From Podospora anserina (Eukaryota), in the NCBI GenBank assembly GCA_017654855.1, contig CM030333.1, positions 868,001 through 932,000 of the forward strand: DNA of 64,000 nt. The letters run 5' to 3'. The position numbers and the translations under genes were made by a program. Shown piece by piece: positions 35,501-48,987 of this stretch. Position 1 is the first letter of the stretch; every line of letters begins with the position of its first letter. The notes under the pieces were generated by a model. It saw only the letters and a list, made by a program, of their open reading frames with translations, ran no database searches and had not been told where the DNA came from.

Positions 35501-37246
35501 GGTCTCGTGATGAAAAGCGCCCGTCTAGGCGCGACCGACATTCTTCCATCTAGGCAAGGCCCTCCGCGAATCTGACCAACCCATCCGTCCTGATGGCGTC
35601 CCTTTGATCGGATATGGGGGGGCCTGCGTCAATGCCGTATGAAACAAACAACTAAAAAGAGCAGACCAAGGGCGCAGCAGGGGTTGGCTCTTGCATAGAC
35701 TTCCACTTTCCAGAACGAATGGCGAGTCTCCATAACGTCATGGCCGCGTCCATGTCGACCTCGAGATCTCTTCAGATGTTGAGAGATCAGACGGAGCGCC
35801 CTTGGCTCCAGCCCAGTCGAAACGCATATGCAAGCCCGATGTAAACATGCCAATTACACTCTCATGAGCTACACCATCCTGCCATGGGTCTTATGGCTGT
35901 TCTACCCCTGAGGGTTTACCCCTGCATCTGGAGATCTCAGACTTCAAGAGTCTCTTGGGAGAGTGGCCGGGCCAGCCACCCTACATCATGGTGAATTCCA
36001 AATTCATGGCGGTTCGCTCAAAATAGGTTATCTGGGCCGGCTGTGAACTCACTGCCATCTCTGTTTGGTGTCGGTATCCCAACTGGGTGTCTTCATCGGG
36101 CAAAGGGCTTCCTTACACTCCCAACCGACGAGGCAAAGATATCAGAGCCCTAGATGATACTTCTAATCTGGTGACCGGGATTTTGTTATTTGCCCGTCTT
36201 TCGGTTTAGATGCAAGCCAAGTGCCTTGCCAAATCGATGGGGAAAGTGGTGAAGATTCCGAGAGCAGGCACAGAAAGACACAATCCATTCTGAATAGCAA
36301 TCACCTGTCACTCTTCTACCAGCTGTAAATGGACACGAATGGGTCAACAGAGCCCACAACATCCTACCTCTGTCTATAATTCGCAGCCTTGACGCCAAGT
36401 ACACGATGGACGAGGTCATCTTAGGAGGCCCAACGTCCCCGTCCCCGTGCGTACACCATCAACCCTCGTGTCAAAGTGGTAACGAGGCCTGACCACCACC
36501 ATTCCACAAAGGCCATCTTCGTATGCTCATCTTGACGCCTACAAGAACAAAACTATCTACTCAATGGAATTGGCTTGCGATGTTCCAACTTTGCCACCGC
36601 CATAGGCATAGGCTCTTAAGCGCGAGGACGGGGGATGCCGAATTAGACGCCTACTCAACCATCCCCAAGGTCTTTTCTCCCTGCCTCTTCATTGATCAGG
36701 TGAAGTTTAAACGCCGTGGATGACGCAGTATGCAGCGTCCAGACGATTTGCCACCACCAGCTGAGGTCAAGAGCCGCGAAAAGGTTGTTCTAGTCGGGGG
36801 ATGCATCGTGTAATGCTCAAGGCTGGTCTACACCGAACACCAGAAAGAGATGTAAACAACATCCCGACCTCCCCATCTTCCTACTAACTTCGCCTCGCAA
36901 AGCTCTTGGCCTGCTTTGGCGCCGACAAAGACCTAGGATGCATGAGAATCGCCACCACAAAGTTCATTGACGAGAATATCCTCAGACAAAACACATCCAC
37001 ACCGCATGGAAAGCCTGAGTTGTGAGGTGAGACTGAAGTAACCATCTACAATGAGGGATGTATCATTCTGGACACCAGAACGCACGTGTGGATGATCAAT
37101 GTGGGTGGGAGGTGGTCCTAAACGAGGGTGCGAAGGGCAGTAACGCCATGATGGATGGATGGATGCTCTGGATAGGTAGGTACGTATAGACCTGCCATAG
37201 GGACGACAGTTCTCCGGCCGAGAATCTCGGATCTTGCCTGCAATTT

Positions 37247-37250
37247 ACAC

Positions 37251-37285
<35 letters not shown>
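37247..37285. repeat. (CA)n microsatellite
   Basis: About 19 CA units with one interruption. Confidence 0.85.
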
Positions 37286-37286
<1 letters not shown>

Positions 37287-39614
37287 CCTCCTGGGAGAAC
37301 ATGCAGGATCAGACCTCATCTCAGGAAGATCTGTTGTCAACACAGACCTGTCGGGACCACAGGCGGCGATGAGGATCATCAGTCGAGTTATGGCCAGGTC
37401 TTCAAAGCTGGCACTCATTATTTGGATTCATCTTGACCCATCATGGCTACCTATCCGTCCGTCATCAATTCAACACCATCCCACATCCATCCCGATCCCG
37501 GCATCAGATACCACTCCCTCCAAAGGCACCGAAACGAAGCAGCCTATCACATCGTCCGACTATGTGCCCATTGACTATCTTCCACATGCGGGCTGTCCCT
37601 TCGCGCTATCAAGCCACCGGTTCACAAAAAGACCCTCGAAATACGAAGAAAAGGGCACTAGGGAACGCCACAAAAACGTCGCTGTCCAAAAGATACCAAT
37701 CCAGCACGGCAAGATCTTGCCGACCTGAACAATGACCAGGTTTGACCGCACGGTCACACCCACTCGAAGAATCCTTTGCTGTAATCATTGAACCATGAAT
37801 CAATCAACCACACCAAGGCCAACATGGCATCGAAGACGAGCAACCATCAGAATGAGCATCAAGACATTATATCTTGAATGGGACCAGAAACTCATGCGGC
37901 TATACGCCACCACATTCGCAAACAGAAGAAGATCGGCAGGATAATACCGAACGATCAAGAAGATCCATCCATCTGGGCTATCTGGTGTGGCTGGGCCAGC
38001 TGAAAGGTGCATGTCAAAAGCTGCAAGTTCAACACATGCCTAGGTGAGTAGGATCACCTGCTCACTCACCCGCGAGTCATGATCGCAGTCTCTACAATCA
38101 CACAGAACAAAAGGAATTGAATTGCTTGGAAACACCCTCGAGCACCCCCAATCGTTGGTACCGGACCGGATCTACCGAGCATTATCGAACACAGCTCAGG
38201 CTCCGTTTCTCTCGGCGCTCATCACGACATCCCCCAGGGCACGTAACATCGCCTGCAATTTGCCCAAACCTGACCCTTTTTACACTCGGGGGCAATAGCT
38301 CAGGGCAAAGCCCAGTTAAGTCTCTTTTTCCTCTGGGCAAAGAGAGACTATTTCTCCCCTGACACTCCTGCCCTGAGCCATCACGTGTGGCATTGCCGCT
38401 TCATTATTTACTAGTCCCCCCCAGCTCAGGCTTGTTTCCTTCTCGGCATCCGGTCAACACGCAACTTTGATTTCCGCTCAAAGGCTTATTTCGCTCTGGG
38501 CATCTTATCCTTCTTCTTGTTACCAAAGGGATATTCTCCCCAGCCAACCTGTACAGTACACTACTAAGCCCACACCGCATTCCCCCTCCCCTCTTACTCT
38601 TTTTGTCAGCCACTAAAGCAAGCCACACTTCTTGGAGAAGGCTTGGAAGTAAGTATCTCACTCAATTCTGAACCGACATCAGCCGGGTCAAGACATTGCC
38701 GAACATGAGGCCAACCCCACGGACACATCCCAACCTTCACCACCACCACCACCACCACCACCATGATACCCAGCAGGGATCACTCCCCGACCTCTGCTTT
38801 CTCCGCGCTTAATCCTTCTCTGCCACTCGAAAAAGGAAACTCGAAAAGGTCATCCTAAGAGATTTTGGTCAAAATTCATCCCGGTTGGTCAGGGGAGTTT
38901 TTTTTAAACGCGCGTGGCTTTTGTTGGGCTGAGAGACATACACGCATACATCCTTTTATCACTTCGCCCGTCTGTGTGTTTTGGTGGTACAGACGCCTAA
39001 TTACCGCTGCCACCCTCACCCTCACAACCATCATTTTGTCATGATGATGATGATGATGATGATCAGAGGTTGTAGGTAGGTAGCTGAGCCAAGCTGGAGG
39101 TGGTTGCAATCTCAGCTTTCTTACTCATGGGCCGTGTAGCCTTGAGCTCTCACCGCTTCCTATGTTTCTCCTGACACCATTTCCAGCCCTGAATTCTGTC
39201 AGTCCCATCTAGGTGGGTTCCGGTCCATCAAACTTGACAGATACCATTCAGATTTGCCCTCCTCGTTCAAACTCCTGCATTTCGCCTCTCACACAATACC
39301 AAAATCATTTTACACTTGTCGTCCCCTTTTCATCACCATGATTTTAAGACGTTTCTTCCTACTTATTACATAGATGACGACAACATGAACTGCAAAAGTG
39401 AGATGCAATCAAATTCAAGTCAAGAGAAAATGCTAGTACTCCTGAATATCCACCCATCCATCTCTATAAACCCATCGTTAATCCTCCCAAAAATACCCAA
39501 TCCCAAAAATGCCAGAATCCCCCGCTTGCTCAACCGAAGGACAAAAACATGAGATGCCGTGCATGATACAAAGAGGTAGTTCACACTTTTGCGTAGATGA
39601 TGATGTCAAAGTTT

Positions 39615-39704
39615 AAAAAAAAACAACAAAAAACAAAAAAAAAAAAAAAAAAAAAAACAAAAAAAAAAAAAAAAAAAAAAAAAAAAACAAAAAAAAGAAA
39701 GAAA
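39615..39704. repeat. About 90-bp poly(A) tract with sparse C/G interruptions (U-rich on the transcript of the 39809-42803 gene)
   Basis: Directly visible, about 105 bp beyond the predicted stop at 39809. Confidence 0.9.
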
Positions 39705-39808
39705 CTGGCCATCCGAAAAAGTGATGAGATGCGTGCTATCCAAGATGCTCTCCCCCCCCAAACAAAAGAAGAGTAAAATAAATCTTTCCTCCCAATCGCA
39801 ATGCTTTC

Positions 39809-42803
39809 TTAATCAAAACTCATCTCCTCATTAGTCGCCTCATTCTCAAACGTCCGGCAATTCCTACACTGCGTATGGCTGCAAGTGTCCATACACTGGT
39901 TCGTCGTCTCAAAGTTCCAAAATGCACCGCAGTTGCACTATACACCACCAAGTCAGCAACCGGTTATCCACATGTCGCCAAGGCAAGACAAGCACTTACA
40001 CAAGTCCACAACATCTCCCCCCCCCCGTCCCCCCCTCGACCTCTTCCCACTTCTCCCACCCCCAACAACAACATCCCCCCCGTCCTCCTCCCTCCCCCTC
40101 TTTTTCGTCCCACCACCACCACCACCAACCCTAACCTCCTGCTCCCCAACCATCTCCAAACTCCTCCAATTCCCAATATCAACCTTCTCAAACCCCCCCT
40201 TCCCCATAAAATGACGATCAATATGATCAAACCTCTCGCTGTGCGCCGGCCCCCCGACCCCGCGTGGCTCGACAGTCTTGACGCAAAACCCGCACCAGAA
40301 CCTGCTCTCAAAGTTCCTCCCATGTCGGTAATCATTCAGCTTCCGTTCAATCTCCTCCCCGTCGCGAAACTGGTGATCCCGTTCCAGATGCCCCTTTAGA
40401 CTCTCCCTGCGATGACAAACCTTGCCGCATTCATAACCCCCCTCACCAGCAGCAGCGGCAGAAAAAACCTGCTCGGTGCACCGCCAAATCTCCAGCTGAA
40501 AGTGTTGGCTGTTTTCGTGTCGCTTCCAGTCATTCTTGCTCCCAAAACGCTTGTCACAATTTGAAAATGTGCAGGCGTAGGGTTTCGCGTGGCGTTTTTG
40601 GTGTTTTCTTTACCCCGAAAAGAATTAGTCGCTTGATACTGAATTTGGGGACGGGGAGGGGACATACTTAAGCTCGCAAGGCCTCGAAAAAACCTTGTTG
40701 CAATCATCAATCTCGCACTTGACCTCCTTCGTAACCTCGGCAACAACAGACGACGGCGCAGACGGCGTCGTCGTCGTCGTGTTGTTAAGAACCACCACCT
40801 CCTCCGACTTTTGATACCCAAACTCCTTCACAATCCTATCCAGCATCCCCCGTGACCTGAGCATCTCCAACGTCGCCTTGAGGTTCTCCACATCCCCCAA
40901 ATCTATCGAGACAACACCCCCCGGTGATTGCCCGGTGGCAGTAGTAGTAGTGGTGGTGGTGGTAGTAGTAGTGGTGGTAGTAGTAGGCTCGGGAGATGGC
41001 GCCGCAGCAGCAAGAAGCTGGAGCCGGCTCGCGTCTTCTTCAAGATTGGACGAGTCCTGTTGTTCAGAGACTTCGTTGTCCTCCTCCCCAGCTTCAGATT
41101 CCTCATCACCCACCATGGCGGCCGACTGTCTTCTGGAATAATCCAGAGTCATCTGGTCTGGCGAGATGGAAGTTAAAGTCACAGGTTCATTTTTGGGCTG
41201 CTGCTGCTGCTGCTGCTGCTGCTCCGCAAATTCATCATCATCATCTTCTTCTTCTTCCTGCATGATATTGTCCGGGCTGGTGTCATCGTCTATCTGTATC
41301 ACCTCGGCGGGGTGGGCGTGCATCTCACCCGCTTCATCCATCGAAGGCAAAAGTCCGCTGCCGGCACCGGTCAGAATATCCGGAGAGACATGTCCTGGTT
41401 GCTCCAAGGTTTGCTCCTGAACCGGGGGCTCAACCTGCTGCTGGAATCCATGTGGAATGTTCAGTCCTTGGAGATCCATCTCAATGGGGATACGTGGGTC
41501 ATCCAGTCCGGTTTGGCTCTGGTGGCTGTGGAATCCAGAGGCGTTCATGAGAGCAGAGTAATCCGGCTGGCTCATTGATGAGCGGTACATCAGGTGCTGT
41601 GGTTGGATCACCGCAGGTTCATCAGGCACATGATGGGAGAGACTCGTCATGGGCTGGCCATGTCCTAGTCCGCTCCATGATGCATGTTGACCAGCATAGG
41701 TAGAGTGTGTTCCCGCTTCCGAAGGCGCGTGCTCGGAGGCAACCGAAGCACCGCCGATATCCGGGCGGCCACTGGCGATAACAATGTTAGCTTCCCAACT
41801 AGAACTGTTGATGAGTACAAGGTAACGCACCGATACAAAAAGTTGGACAAGTCCATGTTCTCCTTGTGATGTACTCGCTTCAGATGCTGCCTGAAGTTGT
41901 CTGGCCTCGGCCACGTCTTGTTCTTGTCCTTGCACGAGTCGATAACACATTGATAGACAGGTGCATCACTCTTGTAGATCCTGTGGACGCCCGCCCTGTG
42001 GCGATCCAGGTCGTTGTTAGTACTGAATCCCTCGGTTGCCTTGGGACAATCTGGCATATCGCATTTGAACGGCTTCTCGTGCCGTGCTTTGTGCTTCCTG
42101 GCAAGCAATATTGCATCAGCAAAGTCTGATCAACCCCGAGTGAGCCAATACCGGCAACGTACCTGAGCTCCGAGTTTGTCTTGAAGGTGAGCTGTGGGCA
42201 ATCGAGACATCTGAGGTTGTTAGCAGTCGAAGTGGTGGAGCTCGCCCGTTGACTTCGAGCATCGCAGCGGCGTGTCCTGTCGTCGGTCGTGACTTGGCTT
42301 AGACCATAGCGACTAAACTGCTGTGTGATGTTTTGCGTCTCTGGGTTGTCGACGTCCCCATTATACACTGAGGACGGGTTGCCCACGCTCCGAATGGTTT
42401 GGCTACCGTAACCCGAATCGGACACAAGCTTTCCTCCGGTTGGGCTCACGAGCGTTTCTGCTTCAGACGGGGGTGCATTGTTTCGATACTCGGTATAAAT
42501 AGGTGCGGTGAAATCAGAGTCTCTCCATGAGACTGGTGCTGTGGCTAGTTGAGAGTTTTTGACAATACGGTAATTCTTCAAGAAATCGCTGGCGTTCAAC
42601 GTGCTTGCCATCATGTTTTGCTGCGGGACATGTCTGTTGCCATAGGTACTCAAGCCGCCCAGATTGTCCTGCATCATGGCATATGCTGTGTAGTTGTTGA
42701 TACCAGCCCCCGATGGCCTGGTCATGCCCGCCATTTGGGACGAGTCAGAGATGGGAGCATGCTCGGCCAGGTGGGCGAAAGAGTACCGCGGAAGCTGCGA
42801 CAT
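39809..42803 (-). CDS. Multi-C2H2 zinc-finger transcription factor; introns 42162-42098, 41830-41772, 40667-40608, 39999-39938; apparent frameshift at 40017-40026
   Basis: CLDC...ELRKHKARH, KPFKCDMPDC...DLDRHRAGVH, WPRPDNFRQHLKRVH, CEIDDC...ELKKHQKRH, FGSKNDWKRHENSQH, FWCGFC...RFDHIDRH, and a terminal Cys/His exon. Confidence 0.88.
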
Positions 42804-43982
42804 GATGCCGGCCCCCCGTGATGACTGCCTGGACGACTTGTATTATTCGACGAGGCAATCGTGAGAACGTATGTCGTCAAGTTAAGGTGGTTGTCTAAGA
42901 AGGTGTCAACAGGGAGGAGGCCTGTACAGTTGGCTTCCTGATGGAGTCCATCTTGGAACGGACAAGGAGAGGAACGGGTAAACGTCTTGGCGTTCTAGAC
43001 CTCGAATTGAGATTCGAGGATGCTCGACAACAAGGCCAACAACTATGGATGGAAGATATGAAAAAGGTCTACTAACGGGCAAAAGAAATACACCCGATTC
43101 TGTCAGTGTTTGTCAGAAGACCGCAGTCGTCGGGCGCAGTTCACGGTGCAAGAGCTGGAGTTGCCCGACTCAGCCAGACATTGCCACTAGTTGTGAATGG
43201 GCGGGCGCGGGCTGGTGATGGTTGGAGGGCGACGAACGGAGATCAAGGTTGTTGGAGTGGGATGATCAAACAATGGAATTCCAGGCAAACGTTTGCGTCA
43301 ATGATGTCGTCTCAAAATGACTTGTGCAGTGAAATGGGAGAGAGGGAGCCGATGTCGAGTGAAAATTGGGAATTGGGAATTGGGAAAGGGGATGGATGAC
43401 AGGCAGCAGTGCCAGGCTTGGCAGAGCACAGGAGCACTGAGAGCACACATCGGCCGCCTCACTTTTCCACTTTCCAACCTGGAAGTTTCTGTTTGAGGGA
43501 AGTCGGTGACTTGCGACTGACCGGTTGGCTGAGAGGCCAATCAGGCTCGGTGAAGAACGCCTACAAGTTCGCAAAGCTGAGCACAACTCATGGTCGCCTG
43601 GTCACGTGGGTCACCACTGACATCTCTTGATTGGATGACACTTGGCTGTGCTACACTGCCAAGTCACACCTTGTGCTTCCACATCTACAACAGAATCAGC
43701 AGTGTACACTCTCGTGGAAGCAGGATCGGAGGATCATAGGAGCGTGAAATTTCTCAAGCACTTGCCTTTTCCTTTTTGTTTTCAGTCTCGGAAAGCTACG
43801 ATGGCTTTTTCTAGTGCAGGGTTTGTGGCACTCGCCATGGAGCTCCCAGGTGTGGTGATGAAAACCTTAATCATGGCCGCCCAGTCAAAATTCAGAAAGT
43901 CATGATCAACCTTAACACGATCATTTTCCGACTCATTCAACTCATCAGGTAGTATTCTTTTACTAAACACCACAGCAACCTC

Positions 43983-44921
43983 ACGAGGGATCACGTCGAG
44001 AGCCTCTTCCTTGCCTTGGAATTCTGGAGCCAGGTAGCCGTCCAGCAGTCCACTGCCGATGATGAGCCAGATGGCCCAACAGTTCAGCGATGGCAATCAC
44101 CATTCTCATACACGGCCTCTGAGGCCGTCCGCCAAATCCAGGAACAAAGAAAAGATGACAGCCGCTTGACCTTGTCTGATGCAGGGTGAAAGATGATCGC
44201 CGCGGAGAAACATGCCGAGGGGTACGACAAGGAGGCATATGAGCATGCTCTCTGGTTGACCCAATTCACACATGCAACTGTCAGCACCATGAACTCACGC
44301 CAAAGCAAGAAGAGTAACGCCCGACTACAGACGTATTTGCTTAAGCTTGAACATCCATTGGCTACTGCCGGGCAGGTCAAGACAGCGGCTGGCCTGGACA
44401 CAACCCCACCCATCTTCAGTGGCGCTGGCGATGACGGTGATTCGGCCAACTTCTGCAAGATCGTAGGGGCAGAACGTAAGAACCACATCATGTCATACTT
44501 GAACCAGACTGGGCATTCGACTTTCAAGCCCACTTTCATCACCCGTTCCGTTGCCTTCCAGCGCAGGACCAATACCCAGTCCTCTACTTTGTCTACGGAA
44601 CGCTGGCAGACCCCCCGTGTTCTCAAAGAAAACATGAACCTCGACGACGAACTTGTATACAAGCCTGCTAGAGTGCGAGGTGGTTTGCTCAAGGTCTGGG
44701 GAAACAAGTACAAGGCCCTCGTTGATGCGCCTTCAAGGATGGATCACAACAAGGCGATCGTCGATGGTTACGCCTTTACTGTCGAGAATAGCATGTAGGA
44801 GGATGCTCTGTGTGGGTATGAAACGGACAAGTATGAGGTGGTACGGTGCGCCATCGAACTGCCAGAGGAATGCCAGGTGGTGAAGGGCTTGACTTTCCGA
44901 TTTGTTGGGGAGACAAAGTGA
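43983..44921 (+). pseudogene. Gamma-glutamylcyclotransferase (GGCT/AIG2-like) family pseudogene
   Basis: YFVYGTLADP lies out of frame with the flanking ...KYKALVD...EDALCGYETDKYEVVRC...KGLTFRF; in-frame TGA at 44187 and TAG at 44796; no ATG at the apparent start (ACG at 43983). Confidence 0.78.
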
Positions 44922-46378
44922 CACCACTCCATCAACTCACAGCAGGGCTGTGGGCTCCTTGACACCTTTGCTCCCTCGCGTATTGTTACCTGCCAGGTTA
45001 GCATCTCCGGGGAAGAGCCCCGAAGTGCAGATCTGTATCGGACCGTCAAGCGCGGCTTCTCTTCGACCACAAGTTCATCGGAGTCCTGTCGGGTGGCTGC
45101 TTCTGATGGGCCTTGGCGGTCTGTTCTGGATTGGACAAGGCATTCGGCTGTGTAACTTGTATAGGCCGCGAGCCTCAATTTTTTACACCAAATTCTCGCC
45201 GGTCTCCTTTTCCGCATCATGGCTGCCTGAATCGGCTTAGAAGGCGGGCGTCCCAAAGCACGGCGAGGAATGTTTGCTTACTCGGCTCAAGCCACCATCT
45301 GAGAAATAAAAGACAGGTCATATATCATACCCTCTCCAAACCCCAAATTCTCTTGTTCACCATTTTCAAGCAGCGTCAGATCCATCTTTTACCCCACAAG
45401 CGTCAGCAGACCAAGCAATGTTTGCCTGAGAAGCTTCAACACTACTGTCCCCGGCTTGACTTCCATCGCGCCTCCCGAATGCGGGCCGATGCCCTATGGC
45501 CACGCTATACCGGGCCTTCGCAGGCATCAGTGCCAGGGAGACCTTGATATCGCCTCCAACCAGTCCGAACTCGCTCCGCATCTCCTACCGTCACCCTTTC
45601 TGTAGGGTTATGCTCTCGGGAGGCTATCAAGTCACCACGTCTCGATACTGGTCGATATCCTCATACTTATAGATATCTTTGCGCACAAGAGAGGTCGGGG
45701 AATCTCATCACCACATCCCTTCTTCTCTCCGGGTCGGTTGATGTACCAAAGACCGGCGAGGTCCGTCTCAGCTGGTCTGATGTCGGCCACCAGGCGTCAG
45801 TTGGGTAATTTGCGCCGGGCGACCCCCACTCCTGGTTGTTTGCTTCGTTGCAGATGGTGTAAGGTGTGCGAGGAGGACCCAGTCTTTGCAGCAGCACAAC
45901 TGCAGAGCAGAGGCTCGACTTTAACAATCACTCACAGATGGCCTAGATCCGCTCGACGCACTATGTGATTAGATCCTACCCGAATGTGCTGTCACTTCAT
46001 GGCACCCACACAGCTCCTTGTCGTCTCACAGGTGGATGGCTGGCGTCGTCATATCCAACAAAGATCCAGGCTCCTAGGTGCAGTGTGATGATGTGCACCC
46101 TCCGACTATCGATCGAGAAGTCTCGGTTTAAACGTGACTGGCAGCTATGTGGTGCTTGGAAGGGGTATATAGATGCCTCAATCGCCGTTTTTTTATCTTC
46201 TCGGAGCAATTTCAGATCACCCTCTTCCAGTCATTACTGTGGGCTAAAAGTCTCGTCTCGAGGTTGTTGACGAATCTTGTCTAGTCATTTGAAAGACTGC
46301 TTTCTAGAATCTCAGGATACCAAGCACCAACACAGTCAACCCGCTTCGCCCCTTTTTACCTCGCCCCTTGCCGTCGGT

Positions 46379-46665
46379 ATGTGCGACTACGAGGAATTCA
46401 TTTGGTCCTGTGAGCACTCAGACTTCCGGCTCAAGTCATACTGCCATAAAGCCCGAAACAACCCGGGCCACGCCTGCAACTTTGTAAAGCGGCTACGCCA
46501 TTGCTGGGACCAAGGCCGTCCATGTGACGCTTGTCTTGCAAAGCAGGCAGCTGAGGCCCACGCCCAGATGATGAGCGGTTGGTACGGGTCCAGTCAAGGT
46601 ACGTCAGAGGTCAGCTGTCAGATACTTCCATCCAGTGCTAACACCAAGAAGGCGGTCGAGCCTAG
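46379..46665 (+). CDS. Small (about 78 aa) Cys/His-rich fungal protein; intron 46599-46648 or 46651
   Basis: MCDYEEFIWSCEH...SYCHKARNNPGHAC...W.Q..PCDAC; GTACGT donor, GCTAAC branch, tandem AAG/AAG acceptors, stop TAG 46663-46665. Confidence 0.72.
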
Positions 46666-48568
46666 ACTTTTCCAGCCAGCCATTGGTCCTTCGCTGCAGA
46701 CCATCCATCGGCCACGGTTGCCAGTTTCTGATTCATCTCGATGGGGGAGCCAGAAGATTGTCTCTTGGTGTTGTCGGAGTTCAGAATAGAGTTTTCATGG
46801 TTTGTTCATTCAGGGGGGCGTTTCACTGTTACACAGTTTGTGGGAAAAGAACACACTTCTTTTTTGTAGAGGAGAAGAGCAATCCAATCACTCTTTGCCA
46901 TGATGATGAACAGTAACAGTCCACTACATATAGTCTCACACTCTGGTACCTACATTGCCCACCTATCTTATCACCGAGTCTCCCGAGATTGTACTACATA
47001 CCTATATCTTTTGTCCTCTCGCCTTGTTAGGCGGGGGACTTTGGGGATAAAGGTTGTTCCAGTAATCTACTACTACCAGGAGGAAACTCGCTGACACTGA
47101 GTAAAAAAAACTAGCCCATTCTTTTTTTCTTTCGTCGCCTCCACCGAATTACGTCCCACCCTCGGGAAAGAAACCTTCGTGTCATCTCCCGTGCCCTTCC
47201 CTCCTTCCTTCTATCATGCGGTAACACGCGGACGCGGACGGGAATGGACGAACCACGTCTGTCTGTCCCAAGCCATTTTGTACGTCCGAACCCGCCATGG
47301 GCAATCATGAACTACTTTTTTTATTCCCACGACGGATACCAAGGTAGGTAGGTAGGTATTTTCCCCTTGATATCTGCAACCCCCGTTTTCCCTAGGTCGC
47401 ATAGACCATCTGGCACATGATGAGCCACACACTGCCGGCTTCCTTCCTTGCCTTCCCGTACATGGGCGCCTGTGTTACATACTCGGCTGATGGAATATTC
47501 CAACCCCTTTTCCAATGGGGACTGGGGAAAATTTTGCTCGCCTGCTTGCCGGCCGGGAGCATGATTGATGATGGCTGGGAACAAACCCCCCCCCCCCCCC
47601 CCCGGTTGGGGAGCTTACATGAACAGTTAGTTTGTCTATATCGGATGCGGGTATCCTTTGCTGTTGGAAGAACTACCTACCGAAGTGTTCGGTAACTGAA
47701 GAGAGGGTGTCTAAGAAGGTGAAGGTGACACACGCTACGTGGTTGACAGTCGGGGCCGGGGAATTACATGCGGGTAGGTAGTTGAGATATGTAGGGGTTG
47801 GTTGAAGGTGGGACATGGGTAGAGAGGGAGACATTCCATGGAAACGGTGAAAAAATTCATATGGTACAAATGTCACACATCAAACCCAGCAGAGGGGGTC
47901 AGCGGCCGAGAAGTGGGGGATGTGGAATTCATGAATGGGTTAATGGTTAATCCTCAACAATACCTCCCTGATGTCAGTTGGATTCTTCCAAACTGACGTT
48001 AGGTAGCTGCCTACATTTTAACATATTGAAAACAACTCCGAGAAGGCCGGGTGTAACGTTTTCCATACATCACACCACGCCACTAGACTTTCACAAGAGT
48101 TACGACTGTTCTTTGTGTTCAGTTGGCGCGGTACTTACCTCGTGGACAAGCACGACGGTCAAGGGCGCGGCCCTAAAAACCCCTAGCAACTTCCTTCAGA
48201 GACCGCGGAAAGCTTTACGCATTTTCTCATTCGAGCCATGCGTTACGAAGAGGTACAGACAGGCCTTTCTTTTTGATTTATACTTTAGTTCTGGTATAAT
48301 AAGACTCCAAGGATTAAAAATACGTGCACCAGAGGCTGAACCAAGACCCATCTTTACCGGGGACATACATCCTCCGTACTTTCCAAGCTTTCGTCCCCTC
48401 GTTGTATCATCCTCCATCCCAACTTACCATCCCAACTTTCCCCCATCATCAGATCAACTCAAGGGAACATTCCACACATCAGCACCCAATCAAAGTAATC
48501 ACATCAAATCATTTATTCCCCCCTCTATAACCCCCCCCCCCCATGCCTTCTCCTCCTCATCCCAACCT

Positions 48569-48987
48569 CTACTCAAAATTCGTAGCCCCCTCCACCCTTC
48601 CCACAACATTATACCTCTTACTAAAAAACGTAACCCAATCATTCAACGTCCCCTTCTCCTTCTCCGTCAGCCCAGACCAGTCGGCATCCACATCCTCGAC
48701 CTTTGTCGAGGTCTTGCCCAGGGCCTTGGAGGCGTCCTTTCCGGCAAAGACGTGGTAGGCGCCGCCGGGGAGGTAGGCCTTGTTGCCCGTCACGTCGTAG
48801 ACGAGGCCCTTGATGGCGACGTAGCATTTCCCGTCTGCTTGTTCACCTGTTTTTTGAGTTAGAACATGTGTGAGGGTGAAAGGGTGGTAGATATACCGTT
48901 TGCTTTGGCCAGCTCCGAGAGAGAGATTGGGTCGTCCTTTGGGGGGTTGAGCTGGACGGGGGTTTTGGGTTCGAATTTGCCGGACAT
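48569..48987 (-). CDS. Small cytochrome b5-like heme/steroid-binding protein (MAPR family); intron 48896-48847
   Basis: YVAIKGLVYDVT, YHVFAGKDASKALG, WVTFFSKRYNVVG. Confidence 0.92.

Noticed and set aside
43983-44921. Rescue of the GGCT-like stops by A-to-I editing
   Set aside because: Frameshifts and the missing start codon cannot be repaired by editing.
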